DNA of 64,000 nt from Octopus vulgaris (Eukaryota): NCBI GenBank assembly GCA_951406725.2, contig OX597833.1, positions 38,254,001 through 38,318,000 on the forward strand. The letters run 5' to 3'. The position numbers and the translations under genes were made by a program. Of this stretch, positions 27,973 through 39,295 are shown in pieces; the first letter of the stretch is position 1, and each line of letters opens with the position of its first letter. The notes under the pieces are model-generated. The model worked only from the letters and a program-made list of their open reading frames with translations. It was not told the origin of the DNA and made no database searches.

Positions 27973-28180
27973 TACATCATTTACATTTGACGGAGGTGTC
28001 TTGGGGAAATTTCGAACCAGGTTCGAAATTTCCCCCAGGGCACTTGATGAAGGCTGGAGGGTATATCAGCCGAAACGTTATGTTAACAACAAACAAGATG
28101 AGGACAAATATCCGTCAAATGTAAATAATGTACATACGTCCTCATCTCTTAAATATAGAACTAATCGGTATGGAGCAGAC
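27973..28180 (+). mobile_element. Non-autonomous Penelope-derived unit (inverted 5' piece plus pseudo-LTR with hammerhead motif)
   Basis: Near-identical to 29180-29398; fold-back GGTGTCTTGGGGAAATTTCGAACC-A-GGTTCGAAATTTCCCCCAGGGCAC. Confidence 0.75.
28039..28084 (+). ncRNA. Minimal type I hammerhead ribozyme motif (degenerate, C3 to U)
   Basis: GGCAC-TTGATGA-A-GGCTG..CAGCC-GAAA-CGTT-ATGTT. Confidence 0.55.
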
Positions 28181-29245
28181 ATTTCTATAGTCATAACTAA
28201 TATTTCTTGCTACTTCTACTGTTGAAGAGCCTCTTTTGAATTAATACAGAATGCAGTGTCTAATATGAGTCAGATTTAAACTCATTCTCACAAATTTAAC
28301 CACTCTGGTATAAAGTAAACTGCAAAGAAAGAAAACAAATTAGAATGTAAACATAAATGCTTACTTTTGAAAAGCATACCCTCCAAGTAAGCATTTCAAA
28401 AATATGAAAGGAGAATCCATCCTCAAACCAGGAGTGCACTCCAAAAAAGCTACTCAAGTGTCTCAAGAAAAGAAATATAGAAATTTTGCTTCATCCTTCT
28501 AACTTTTCTCACATTGCTCCATCTGATTATACTCTTCCTAATCCTTGTAGCATTATTTAGAGAGAAAATAGTTTATTACTTATGAAGATGTTAAAAACAA
28601 TATTGAATGTTTCTTTGGTTTGAAACCTGTAGAATTTTTATGCCTGAGTGATCTACAATTTGCCATATCAATGGTGTTGTGTTATCAAGGGACAACATTA
28701 TCTCAGTTAAATATGTCAATTAAGATCAAGAAGTATTTTTTTCTTTCTCATCTTGAAATGCAACAGGACTTTCTTCCCAACCTATTATTTCTCTGTGACC
28801 AGTCAGGCCTTTGCAGAATATTCGAAATGAATGACAGTGGCACTTATTTACAACTACTATGTGATACCAAAGCAAAGGAACACAAACATACGCACACACT
28901 CATATAGTGTCATCGATACATTTATAATGGGCTTCTTTCAGTTTCCATCTAACAAATTCCTTACAAGGCTTTGGTTGGCCAGGGACTATAGTGGAAGACA
29001 GTTGCCCAAGGTGCTGTGCAGTGAGATTTGGTAAAAGGTAATTAAAAAAAACCCCATGTGTGTGCATTGGCCAAAACTTCAAAGTCACTGTCAACAACAT
29101 TGTTGTATTTGAATAATAAATTTCTACTCTATGAAAGTATAGAGTAACCCATCAGATTAATGCAAAATTGTATTTGTTATACATTATTTATATTTGACAG
29201 AGGTGTCTTGGGGAAATTTTGAACCAGGTTCGAAATTTCTCCAAA

Positions 29246-29291
29246 GACACCTGATGAAGGCTGGAGGGTATATCAGCCGAAACTTTGTGTT
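29246..29291 (+). ncRNA. Minimal type I hammerhead ribozyme motif
   Basis: Stem I GACAC/GTGTT, core CTGATGA, stem II GGCTG/CAGCC, GAAA, one-pair stem III. Confidence 0.7.
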
Positions 29292-29513
29292 AACAACAAA
29301 CAGGTTGAGGACAAATATCCGTCAAATGTAAATAATGTACATACGTCCTCATCTCTTAAGTATAGAACTGTATTATCTAATTGGTATGGAGCCGACATTA
29401 AACTTCAATGAATACATATTGAGAAACTCCATCAAAAACTAGCTCATCTTTCAAACTATCTAACTTTCCTATGTAGATGTAGAGACTAAAAACCAGGTTC
29501 GAAATTTCCCCAA

Positions 29514-29554
29514 GACACCTGATGAAGGCTGGAGGGTATATCAGCCGAAACGTT
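29514..29554 (+). ncRNA. Minimal hammerhead motif lacking the 3' strand of stem I
   Basis: GACAC-CTGATGA-A-GGCTG..CAGCC-GAAACGTT followed by a 5-nt deletion relative to the other copies. Confidence 0.55.
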
Positions 29555-30104
29555 AACAACAAACAAGATGAGGACAAATATCCGTCAAATGTAAATAATG
29601 TACATAATTCTTCATCTCTTAAATATAAAATTGTTTTTGTTATAACTGAATGTAAAAACAAACATGGAAATATTATTCATACATGCATGCATGTGTTTGT
29701 GACCACTTGTCTTGTAGCTTCTTTGTTGTAAATGAATGCCATTTACTTCCAATATTCTGCCCCCACCCAAAAAAAAAAATGGCCATGCGGAGATATTACT
29801 TTGCTCAGAAATAGGTAACAGAAAGAGCATCTGGCCATATCTGCCCCAGTAAACACTGTCTGAACCATGGAAATGTGGATTTTAAAATGGTAACAGTGGC
29901 ATACACATATGCATTTGGACGCATATACACATATCTACTTATTATCATGAGTATGTATACACACATAGACATATACATGTGTGTGCATAAATGTATGAAT
30001 ACATGTATGTGTATATGCTTGCATATATTTGTATATGTGTGCGAGTGTATACATATATATATTTGTGTATATCGATATGTCTATGTGCATAATGTGTGTG
30101 TATG

Positions 30105-30159
<55 letters not shown>

Positions 30160-30860
30160 GTATGTGTGTGTCTGTATTGGTGTATATCTATCTGTATGTC
30201 TATGTGCATAATGTGTGTGTATATATATATATATATATGCATGTGTGAGTGTGTACATTTATGTGCATATATGTGTATATATATGTCTACGCGTATATAT
30301 GTTTCTATGCACGTGTATATATGTATGTGTATAAATGTGATTATATATATGTGTACGTGTACATGTGCGTATATACATTTATATATACGTATGTAATGTG
30401 CCCGCACGCGCGCGCGCGCATATAAAATATATTTGCGATCGTACATTTATTAGAAAATACGTAATCTTCAACTAAACTGAAAAAATATATTTATTAGTGT
30501 AAGCGTGAAAAGTGAAAATGTTATTTGAATGACTTAGAAATGTGATGTAAAATCGAATTAGTTCTCGGTCTTGTGACAACGCTAAATATATGTTTGTGTG
30601 TGTGTATATATCGGCGTCTGTGCGCTTGTGTGCGCTCATACTCTCTGTTCATTAATGACAGTTTAGCTAATCAACAATATTATTGATAGCATTTCTATAC
30701 GTACGCCCCCAAAATATAGAGCTATTTTCGTTACACACACACACACACACACATTTTTCAATACATTGTACGTTGCCTTACTAACGATTGTTTGTGTAAC
30801 ATGAAACCTTAATTTCTATTGAATTGTTGTATAGTTACTTTTGTATTTGCATAACGAGCC

Positions 30861-30914
<54 letters not shown>

Positions 30915-31072
30915 TCAATATTATTCTCCTATGCATACTCTCTTTCCTTGAGTATGCCTACACACACATACAGAGACAGTCGACCACAGCCGCATGGTTG
31001 AAACGAATAAAAGAATATATATATATATATGCTTGTGTACACTCATGTTGGTGTGTATATGCATGACAATAT

Positions 31073-31109
<37 letters not shown>

Positions 31110-31360
31110 TACATATACCGTAATTAATTGATTCGTTGGGCATAAGTTTGCGTTAGTACTTGTCCATATCGATGTATAGATGCGCGCGCGTGGTTGTCTT
31201 TAGAGAGGGTGTCCTGCCGTAGATACCATAGAAAGACAGACGATTCGGTGGCCCGAACTGCTCTCCAGCTAGCCAGCTCCTATCAAACTGTCTTACCCAT
31301 GCCAGCATGGAGAACGGACGTTTAATGATGATGATTTCTCTCCCCACCTCTCTCTCTTTC

Positions 31361-31396
<36 letters not shown>

Positions 31397-31427
31397 GTGA
31401 ATATGTATGTCAGTGTGTGTGTGTGTG

Positions 31428-31460
<33 letters not shown>

Positions 31461-31461
31461 A

Positions 31462-32020
31462 TACAGGGGCTGAACAAAATAATGGAAACACCTTAAAATT
31501 TCAAACAAATTTATTTTAATATGGAGCAGGACCGCATTTATTAGTAATTACAGCTTGAATTCTACAAGGTATAAACTCGTACAAAGTTTGAATTGTTTCC
31601 AAAGGAATTTTTGCCCATTCTTCAGCTAAGACAGTCTCCAGTTCTTGTAGTGATGATGGTAGAGGATATGGAGTCCGTACTTGTTTTTCTAAATTGCACC
31701 ATAAATGTTCAATAATATTGAGATCTGGGGACTGTGGTGGCCAGATAAGATGTTCCTCGTGCCATTCTGTAACAACTTTAGCTGTGTGAATCGGTGCATT
31801 ATCATCCTGAAATATTGCGTTTCCCTCCGGAACAGTTCCGCAACCATAGGATGGATTTGATCAGATAAAATGCTTAAATAATCTTGACTATTAATTCTGC
31901 CATGAAGGGAAACCATTGGGCTGGCGGATTTCCGAGATATAGCCCCACAGATCTTCACAGACCCTCCTCAATGTTTAACAGTTAAGAGTAGGCAGTCTTA
32001 ATGCTTCTTTTGGCTGTCCT
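31462..32020 (-). mobile_element. Tc1-family transposon, 3' half
   Basis: Terminus TA-CAGGGGCTGAACAAAATAATGGAAACACC; minus-strand FQDDNAPIH, WPPQSPDLNIIEHLW, LAEEWAKIP. Confidence 0.85.
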
Positions 32021-32212
32021 TACGTTCGTTTTTTTTCTTTTTCTCTCTGTTAAAAAAAAAATTTTTTTCATTTTCGTTGTTTATTTGAATTGACTAAGGT
32101 CTATCTATATATATATATTGTAATTAATTGATGTGCTGGAAATTACCTAACCCTCCTGCCAGTAGAATTCTTTGGACATTAAGTTTGCGTTAGTGCTTGT
32201 CCTTAAAGACGT

Positions 32213-32244
<32 letters not shown>

Positions 32245-33679
32245 AAAAGAGAGAGAGATGTTTCGCCGGTCTTAATGTGTGATGACAAATCCTTGACGAA
32301 CCGTTGACTCCGTCACCTGCCTTCGATCTTCGCTTTCAGTGAAATATATTTCATTTCTTTAATACTCTTGAGAAAGGCAAGGCATGAATGTCACTATCTC
32401 CTGCTACCGCTCTGCTATGAATCAAAGACGTATAATTTCGTATTGATTCTCTCTCACCCGTTTAACATTAATGTCTGTATGTAAATGACATCAACATTGT
32501 TTTTTAAACCGATTAATCGTGGCAGCTGTCTGTCTTTCTCTCACAAACAGTAACCGGTAGTTTTTCATCATTTTTCCCCAATCAAAAGTAGACAGGCTTT
32601 AAATTTTACATTTTCGATGTAAGTTTGCTGCTCACAATTTGGATCGCCTTTGTGTGTATATGTATGTGTGTGAGCTAGACTAACTTGACTTCCGACTTTC
32701 ACTTTTAGTCTTCTATATAATATAATTTCATTCACGTCTAGAATGTTTTATTGAAATATAAATCGATTTCCAGTTCTTGGACAGTTCTTTAATTTATTTA
32801 ATTTATGAGTCTGAAAGGATAAAAGGCAAAATTGATCTCGGCCGGATTTGAACTCAAAAGGTAAACGACTGTAACTATATATCTCAGTGGATTCCCCCCC
32901 CCCCCTGGTTCTAACGATTCTGCCAATCTATCGCCGTTTTTGACCAGAATTTTACTCTACCGGTGTTCTTTCTGCTCTGACACTAAACTAGTCTAATTCT
33001 GTCCAAGCACTGGTTCTGAATAAAAGTAATAAAGAAAGTATATGAAATAAATGACATGAGGTTTTCTTCGACTATTGCTCAGTGGAAGTGTAGATATTTA
33101 TTCACAGGTTTCAGTTTTTGCTCTTCGGTAATGTTTGGGTCGTGTTGTCTGGGATATATATCTGATTATATCGCTAGCAGTGACTTGTCTGCTATTTTGT
33201 TTTTCAGCCTTCACAGGTTGATAGAATAACTTGGAACATAAAAAAACGTGACTCAGTATCACAATGATACTTCCATGCAAGTAATCCTTCATCGAACACA
33301 TCTTTGATCGAACGCGTTCCAGTATTTTATTTTATTTTTTCAGACATCTTTAACCAATTTACCTGTATTATAAAGACTGGAATGGAATTTGATTTGGGGG
33401 AAGATTTACCTGTTAATTCTGGGAGGTCGACAGAACACGAAGAGTCTCGCTGCACACAAGCTTTATAGTGTCAGTTTTAAGTTTTTGTTACGAAACTAGT
33501 TTTGCCCGACTGTTGAATGCAGTTTGTGGACGTTACTTGACTTCTTCCTTTTCCTCTCGAACGTCAAGGTTAGTTGTAGTTCTCAGTAAACCATCCCGTT
33601 TTGTTAGGATTATCTGAAACTACATTATCTAATGCCTGTCTCGTTCTCATTTGTTTTTCATTTATTTTTAAGAGGATAT

Positions 33680-34057
33680 CTGTTATCTTTTACTTTTTCA
33701 ATCATTGGACTGCGTCCATGCTTGGGCACCTCCTTGAATTTTTTTTAGTCGAATAAATCGACTCCAGTACTTATTTTTAAAGCCTGATACTTATTTTATC
33801 CGTCTGTTTTGCCGAAGCGTTAAGTTACAGGAATGTAAACAAACCAACACCGGTTGTCAAGCGGCTGTGGGGGACGAACACCAACACGCATACACATATG
33901 TAACGGGGTTCTTTCAGTTTCCACCTACATCCTCTCACAAGGCTTTGGTCGGTCCGGGACTATGATCGAAGACACATACTCAAGGTGCCACACAGATTGA
34001 ATTCGTAACCATGTGGTTGGAGAGAAAACTTTTTCCCTCACATCCACGCCTGCGCCT
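33680..34057 (-). mobile_element. Diverged SINE family A
   Basis: Reverse-complement homology to the 5321 element. Confidence 0.75.
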
Positions 34058-34066
34058 AAAAAGTCA

Positions 34067-34148
34067 GCAGTCTGACAAGATTCGAACTCACACGGATGAA
34101 TCCCAGTGGATTAACTATCCATCGCTCTAACTACTTGGTCACTTTGAG
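34067..34148 (-). pseudogene. tRNA-Ser-like pseudogene
   Basis: Minus strand GTGACCAAGTAGTTAGAGCGATGGA-loop-TCCACTGGGATTCATCCGTGTGAGTTCGAATCTTGTCAGACTGC aligns with the eukaryotic tRNA-Ser pattern (long variable arm, TTCGAAT). Acceptor stem and anticodon loop are decayed. Confidence 0.6.
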
Positions 34149-36879
34149 AGAGATTAGCGTCTACTAATTCTTGCAAATTGCCCGACCGTCGTACGGAGAC
34201 TCTCCAGTTGGCTTATGTTCATTTATTAAGTTCCAAATCAACCCTGATTGAGCCAAACAGTGGTTGGTGCTAGTTGACGGCATGTTTGTAAGTTTTTTAA
34301 CATCTGGTAAAACAAGGCCTTTCATGTTACATCCCACTTTTATTGATATATCTATTCGCCTCATATGCGATCATTCTTGTCAGTCAGTTAGGAGAGAGAG
34401 AGAGAGAGAGGTGGGGAGCAGCTTGCCGGGCATTTAAGATGCCTTTTTCTTTCATCCATAATACAAACATATTGTTATAAATAACAGGTTAACTCTGATC
34501 GAGCATAGAAAGGCATCGCGGCCTTCGCTAGTTTTTCTTGTTTTCCAGACATTCAGGACTATCCTTCAGTAGATGCTATTTCTAACATTACTACCAAAAT
34601 GTTCCGTCGTCTTATTGTTTCATTTCCTTTGTTGGGATGGTAGCATTTCGCAATATAACCAAGAGAAAGCTTGTGCTCGGGACATTAAAAAAGTTGAACT
34701 GAGATTGTCCAAGAGGTTCAGGTATTGGATAACTAGCTCTGTGTGTCCGTGTCCATCCGTGTCTGGCAAACGTTCAGCCTGAACGATTACTGCATTGTGC
34801 ACGGTATGTTATATAAGCCTGTACGATCATCGCACTATCCGAACATGAAACCTGAAGTAGCTCACGCAAAACTTCTGTATTCGTTAAGCCATTAAATGAT
34901 ATAAGTATATAAATGTATATATATATATGCCACAGAACCCGGGAAACCGACCTTATGAGTATATGGTTTGAGAAGGGTCTTTGGTTCTTTGGTATACATA
35001 TACAGACGTTATAAGAATTTAGAAACAGGAGAACATGAAATAATTCTTTTTTTTTTTGGTGGGGGGGGATTGTGAATCTTGAAGTAGATAATAAAGCTAT
35101 AAATAACATGTAAATATTGGGTTGAAAAACCCTTTTGCATAGAAAAAGTAGAAGGCTGCCTGTGGGACTCGAGCTCACATCTCATCTGGAAACTGGTTTT
35201 GTTTGTTTTCTTCCTCTATCCCCCCCCACCAAAAAAAAAAATTAGCAATTCGGCAAGTTAAATAGTGATCGATAAAATTTCCAGACTGAAATATGCACTG
35301 CGGTCAATATGATGAATTATAAACCCTTGATTGCGTTTTTCTAACTTGGCCGCGGTCCAACAGTTGAAACCAGTAAAAGAGTAACAGCATAGGTTTACTC
35401 GATCCGAACTGAGACGGAGCTAAAATAGTCACGAGTGTACATCCATGCTTTGCACACATTATCAAGATTTGTTGTAGGTAAAGAAGAAAATCATGTTGGA
35501 CTGAAGGTTTATTGCTATGTTGTCTTGTTATTGGTCCCAAGTCAGCGTTCTCTGACAGCAGATTTATGACCAAAAGCATTCCAGTCATGACCATCCTGTC
35601 TTTGTCTTTTTTCTTTTCAAGTTACCCTCCCTTCCGGATGATTTTATCTAAATGTGTCTTTCTTTTTTTTTTTAAAAAAGACTAATGATGTCTGAGGGAA
35701 ATTTGGCTGCTATTTCTGGCATGTTCAAGCGACCGTGTAGAATCTCGTGTTGGCTCATCATCACCTCAGCTGTCATATTACTGCGTAGACTACGGATACT
35801 GCGGTAAACCGCATGCTAAAGTGAGCACCATAAAAAAAGAAAAGAACGAATACAATGGACAATTTTGTACTAAGTATAGAAAAGTCGGGACGGTCATCGT
35901 TGGTTCGTCTTTGAGTCATAGCTCCGCACATTTTAAATAACGATACTTCAACGAAATAAGTAAACACAAGTGATGGAATTATGTAAATAACGGGAAGTTG
36001 ATAACTGCATTCTATTGGAGCGTGATGTGATTAGATTTTTTTTTTATGATCTAAAACTAAATGTTGATAGTACACTAAAAGACTTGTTATCAGAGCCTGG
36101 TCTGGTAGAAATTTTACAAGTCCTTATTAAGTATTTCGGACATGAATTGCTAGATAACATGCGTTTTCTTTCTTCCATCGTAGTGTAAGTGCCTAGACAA
36201 TATCGAAGAATTGATACGATCGGTGTAATTTCTCTATAAAGCCTAGTCAGCGTATTTATAATGTTATACACACACACGCACGCATGCATGCACGAAACTG
36301 AGGACCAACACTCGTTGTTTATATGTAAAAGGCTTCTTTCTTCTTCGCGATTGGCTTCTTTCAGTTTCCGTCGGCTATGGTCGACCTGGGGCTATATAGA
36401 AAACACTTATTCAAGGTGACACATAGTGGAACTGAACCCGTGACCACAAAGTTGGGAGGTAAGCTTCTCAGTCACACATCTACAATCAAAAGGGTTATAT
36501 TTGTAATTAGGATAATCGCCTTGAAGGGTTTTTAATCGAACGAATCGACCCAGTGCTTATGTTTTTAAAGCTCGGTACTTATTCTATCAATCTCTAATGC
36601 CGAACTGCTAGTTTAAGTGGACGTAAACAAACAACACCGGTGGTGGTAGGGGACAAACACAAACATATACACACACATCACGGGTTTCTTTCAATTCATA
36701 AGCCTTTGGGCGGCCCGAGGCTGTAAAGTAGAAAACACTTGCCCAAGGTGCCATACGCATGAAAAAAATTGCCTTAAGAGAAAAGTACAAATAAAATTGA
36801 TTGAAAATGATTCTTTTGACAGAAATCAATATTGGATCATAAATTAAGAAAAACATTATATTAAAGAAATATTTGTACG

Positions 36880-37394
36880 AAATAAACCACTTTTATTCCA
36901 TTGGATTTTGGCACAAACTTGGTAGGCACATATCTTCAGTGGTAATGGACTGAACTGAACCGTTACTAATCTGTACATCATCTGAAAGCACACGGATGGT
37001 GATTCGACGATTTTCCCTAACAGCTGCACGCACATCTGCGATGGTTTTCTCAGTTCTGTTGGTTGCGGGTCTCCCAGAACGTTCGTCACGGTCGACATCT
37101 TTTCGGCTCATACACTCCTCTCCATACACTTTCTGCAATTTGGCGTAGGCCTCTGCGCAGATATCGCCAAGCTTTTGGCAAGATTTGATGCAGATTTATG
37201 GTCAATGATCCGATCACACGCTACACACCTTCCTTCCAATCACTGCTATACACAGCGGAAGTGAACTAGAACGTTAAAATTTAGTGCGCATGCACAGCAG
37301 AGTTCACAGTTAGTGTGTGTCAAGCGACTTCATTCTGCGAGCTTTAGCTTCGTTTCTATGACAACAGCCGGATACTTATTGATCAGACCACGTA
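36880..37394 (-). mobile_element. Mariner transposon 5' fragment
   Basis: Terminus TACGTGGTCTGATCAATAAGTATCCG; HTH-region peptide QKVYGEECMSR...DERSGRP...VRENRRITIR.LSDDVQIS.GSVQSI. Confidence 0.85.
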
Positions 37395-37619
37395 TGTGTG
37401 TATGTTTGTATGTGTATATATGTATGTGTGTATATATATGTATATGTGTATATATATATATCCGTATATATATAGATATACGTATATATATATATGTATA
37501 TATATATGTTTATATATATGTGTATATGTATATATATATGTGTGTGTATGTATATATGTGTATAAACATATATATGTGTGTGTGTAAATATGTATATTTC
37601 TCTGCTTATTTCTGTATTC

Positions 37620-37655
37620 CTTTCTGTTGAAGAGCGTAGGCTCGAAACGTAAAAG
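37620..37655 (+). ncRNA. Hammerhead-like motif variant in a probable Penelope pseudo-LTR remnant
   Basis: CTTT-CTGTTGA-A-GAGC-GTAG-GCTC-GAAACGTA-AAAG: stems I and II pair perfectly, but core A6 is replaced by T. Confidence 0.5.
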
Positions 37656-38274
37656 ACTTTCTCACTTTCCAAGCGTTAAACTAATACATCTGTTTGTTGT
37701 TGACACACCCGTCTTCGTCTTTTTTTTTTTTAATAAATTCCAACCATATATATGTGTGTGTGTATAAATTTATATAAAATATGCATATACATAAATACAC
37801 ACACAGGTGAGTGAGTGAGTGTACTCATGTACACATTAAAAAGCAAACAGATAGTCAAAGCTTTTGTACAGGGCATCGTGTTTTGAAGGTAGTCCAGATG
37901 ACCTACAGCAATATAGCAACAAACTTACCGTTTTATGGGCTCGGCATTACTCTTCTTTGTTACGTTTGCCAGTTACGCCGAGTTTAGTTCCATTCATGTC
38001 TGTCAAAGCTACGATTCAATATCTTTGTTGAAAGAAGGGAGGATATAGTTATGCTGTCCTACTGCATCTTCTGTAAAATGTCTCTATAGCCATCGACTGA
38101 AACCTCAGGACGTTTCCTTCCCAGAGGGTGTTGAACAATGAAAGCCAGTAATAATGGAGAGAAACTGCAGTCAATAATTCACAGTTTAAAGTTAAGTTAA
38201 TGTGATGTTACGAAACTCGTACTGGAGAATGTAGGATATTGAGTACTGCTGCTCAAGGTGTTAAGATCTCCCAT

Positions 38275-38622
38275 CTGACTTACGGCAAACCGATTCATTA
38301 GTCACATCCTTTGTTTCGAGTTACGTCTTTTTCGATTTTACGAGGTTTTTTTTTTTTAATGAAGTTAATGGTAAAAATAACGCCAACTTCAGTCGATGTA
38401 TTTGTCTGTCTTAGCGAACATTTTAAAATCATAAAAATAAATAAATAAAAGACACTGAAATAGAAAATCAAAATCAAATGCATGTGAAAATGTGTGCAAA
38501 TCATTTATTGAAACAGATATAAGTTTATTTATAGATTTGAAAGGTTTTCCGTGCTACGTCGCTTTTCGAGTTACGTCACATGTTTTGAAACCTATTACCA
38601 ACGTAAGTTGAAGTAGGTCGGT
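38275..38622. mobile_element. Possible Tigger/pogo-like MITE remnant
   Basis: GACTTACG ... CGTAAGTT inverted ends and repeated TTTCGAGTTACGTC subterminal motifs. Confidence 0.35.
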
Positions 38623-38918
38623 ATTCCACATTTGAACTCAAGTTATTTTGCCGTCACTAATTTATTTGGATTCTATTGGTTCACATTTACATTATTCTAC
38701 TGCAGTGGTTCTCAGATGGTGCGCAGTGGCACATAATTGTGCCGCAAAATGTAGCTAGATGACACATCGAAAGTAATAAACAATTATGTTTGAAAAGTGT
38801 AAAAATAATATGCAAGATGAAATTCTAAATATAAAGTCTTACTGTAATAAGAAATATGTAAAGGTAAATCATCGTAAGCAAACAAAAATTCAATAAGCGA
38901 TCTGTGTGTGTTTTATGT

Positions 38919-38938
38919 GTTGCTGCTGCTGCTGCTGC

Positions 38939-38981
<43 letters not shown>

Positions 38982-39071
38982 CTTCTTCTTCTTCTTCTTC
39001 TTCTTCTTCTTCTTCTTCTTCTTCTTCTTCTTCTTCTTCTTCTTCTTCTTCTTCTTGTCGTCGTCGTCGTC
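38919..39071. repeat. Compound trinucleotide microsatellite (GCT)n(GTT)n(CTT)n(GTC)n
   Basis: Directly visible; explains the poly-C/S, poly-V/L and poly-K/N ORFs. Confidence 0.95.
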
Positions 39072-39074
39072 TGT

Positions 39075-39295
39075 ACGTGTTGGCAGAATCAAAAGCACTC
39101 CGGATAAAATACTTCGCGGCTTTTTTTTCCGACTCTTTACGTTCGGAGCAAAAATTCCGTCGAAGTCGACTTCACCTTTCATTCTTTCGAAGTTGATAAA
39201 ATAAATACCAACTAAGCAAGTGGGATTGAAGTTATCGACTAGCTCCTTCCCCACAAATTTCAGACCTTGTGCCTATAGTAGAAGGGATTATTATT
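39075..39295 (+). mobile_element. Diverged SINE family B
   Basis: TGGCAGAATC...AATTCCGTCGAAGTCGACTTCACCTTTCATTCTTTCG with a (TTA)n tail. Confidence 0.7.

Larger units (their letters stand above)
27292..28787 (+). mobile_element. Degenerate mariner transposon with a complex internal insertion
   Basis: Inverted termini TATTACGTTGAAAAGAAAGTCCTG and CAGGACTTTCTTCCCAACCTATTA. Remnants MSLNLTHIRHCMLY*F, KPGVHSKK and HIAPSDY (mariner YSPDLAPSDY motif). Confidence 0.8.
29180..29630 (+). mobile_element. Non-autonomous Penelope-derived element with two tandem pseudo-LTRs
   Basis: Direct repeats at about 29222-29368 and 29491-29630 flank a relic ORF (YGADIKLQ*IHIEKLHQKLAHLSNYLTFLCRCRD) resembling the Penelope/Poseidon N-terminus. 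Flanked by an 18-bp duplication AAAATTGT(A/T)TTTGTTATA. Confidence 0.8.
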
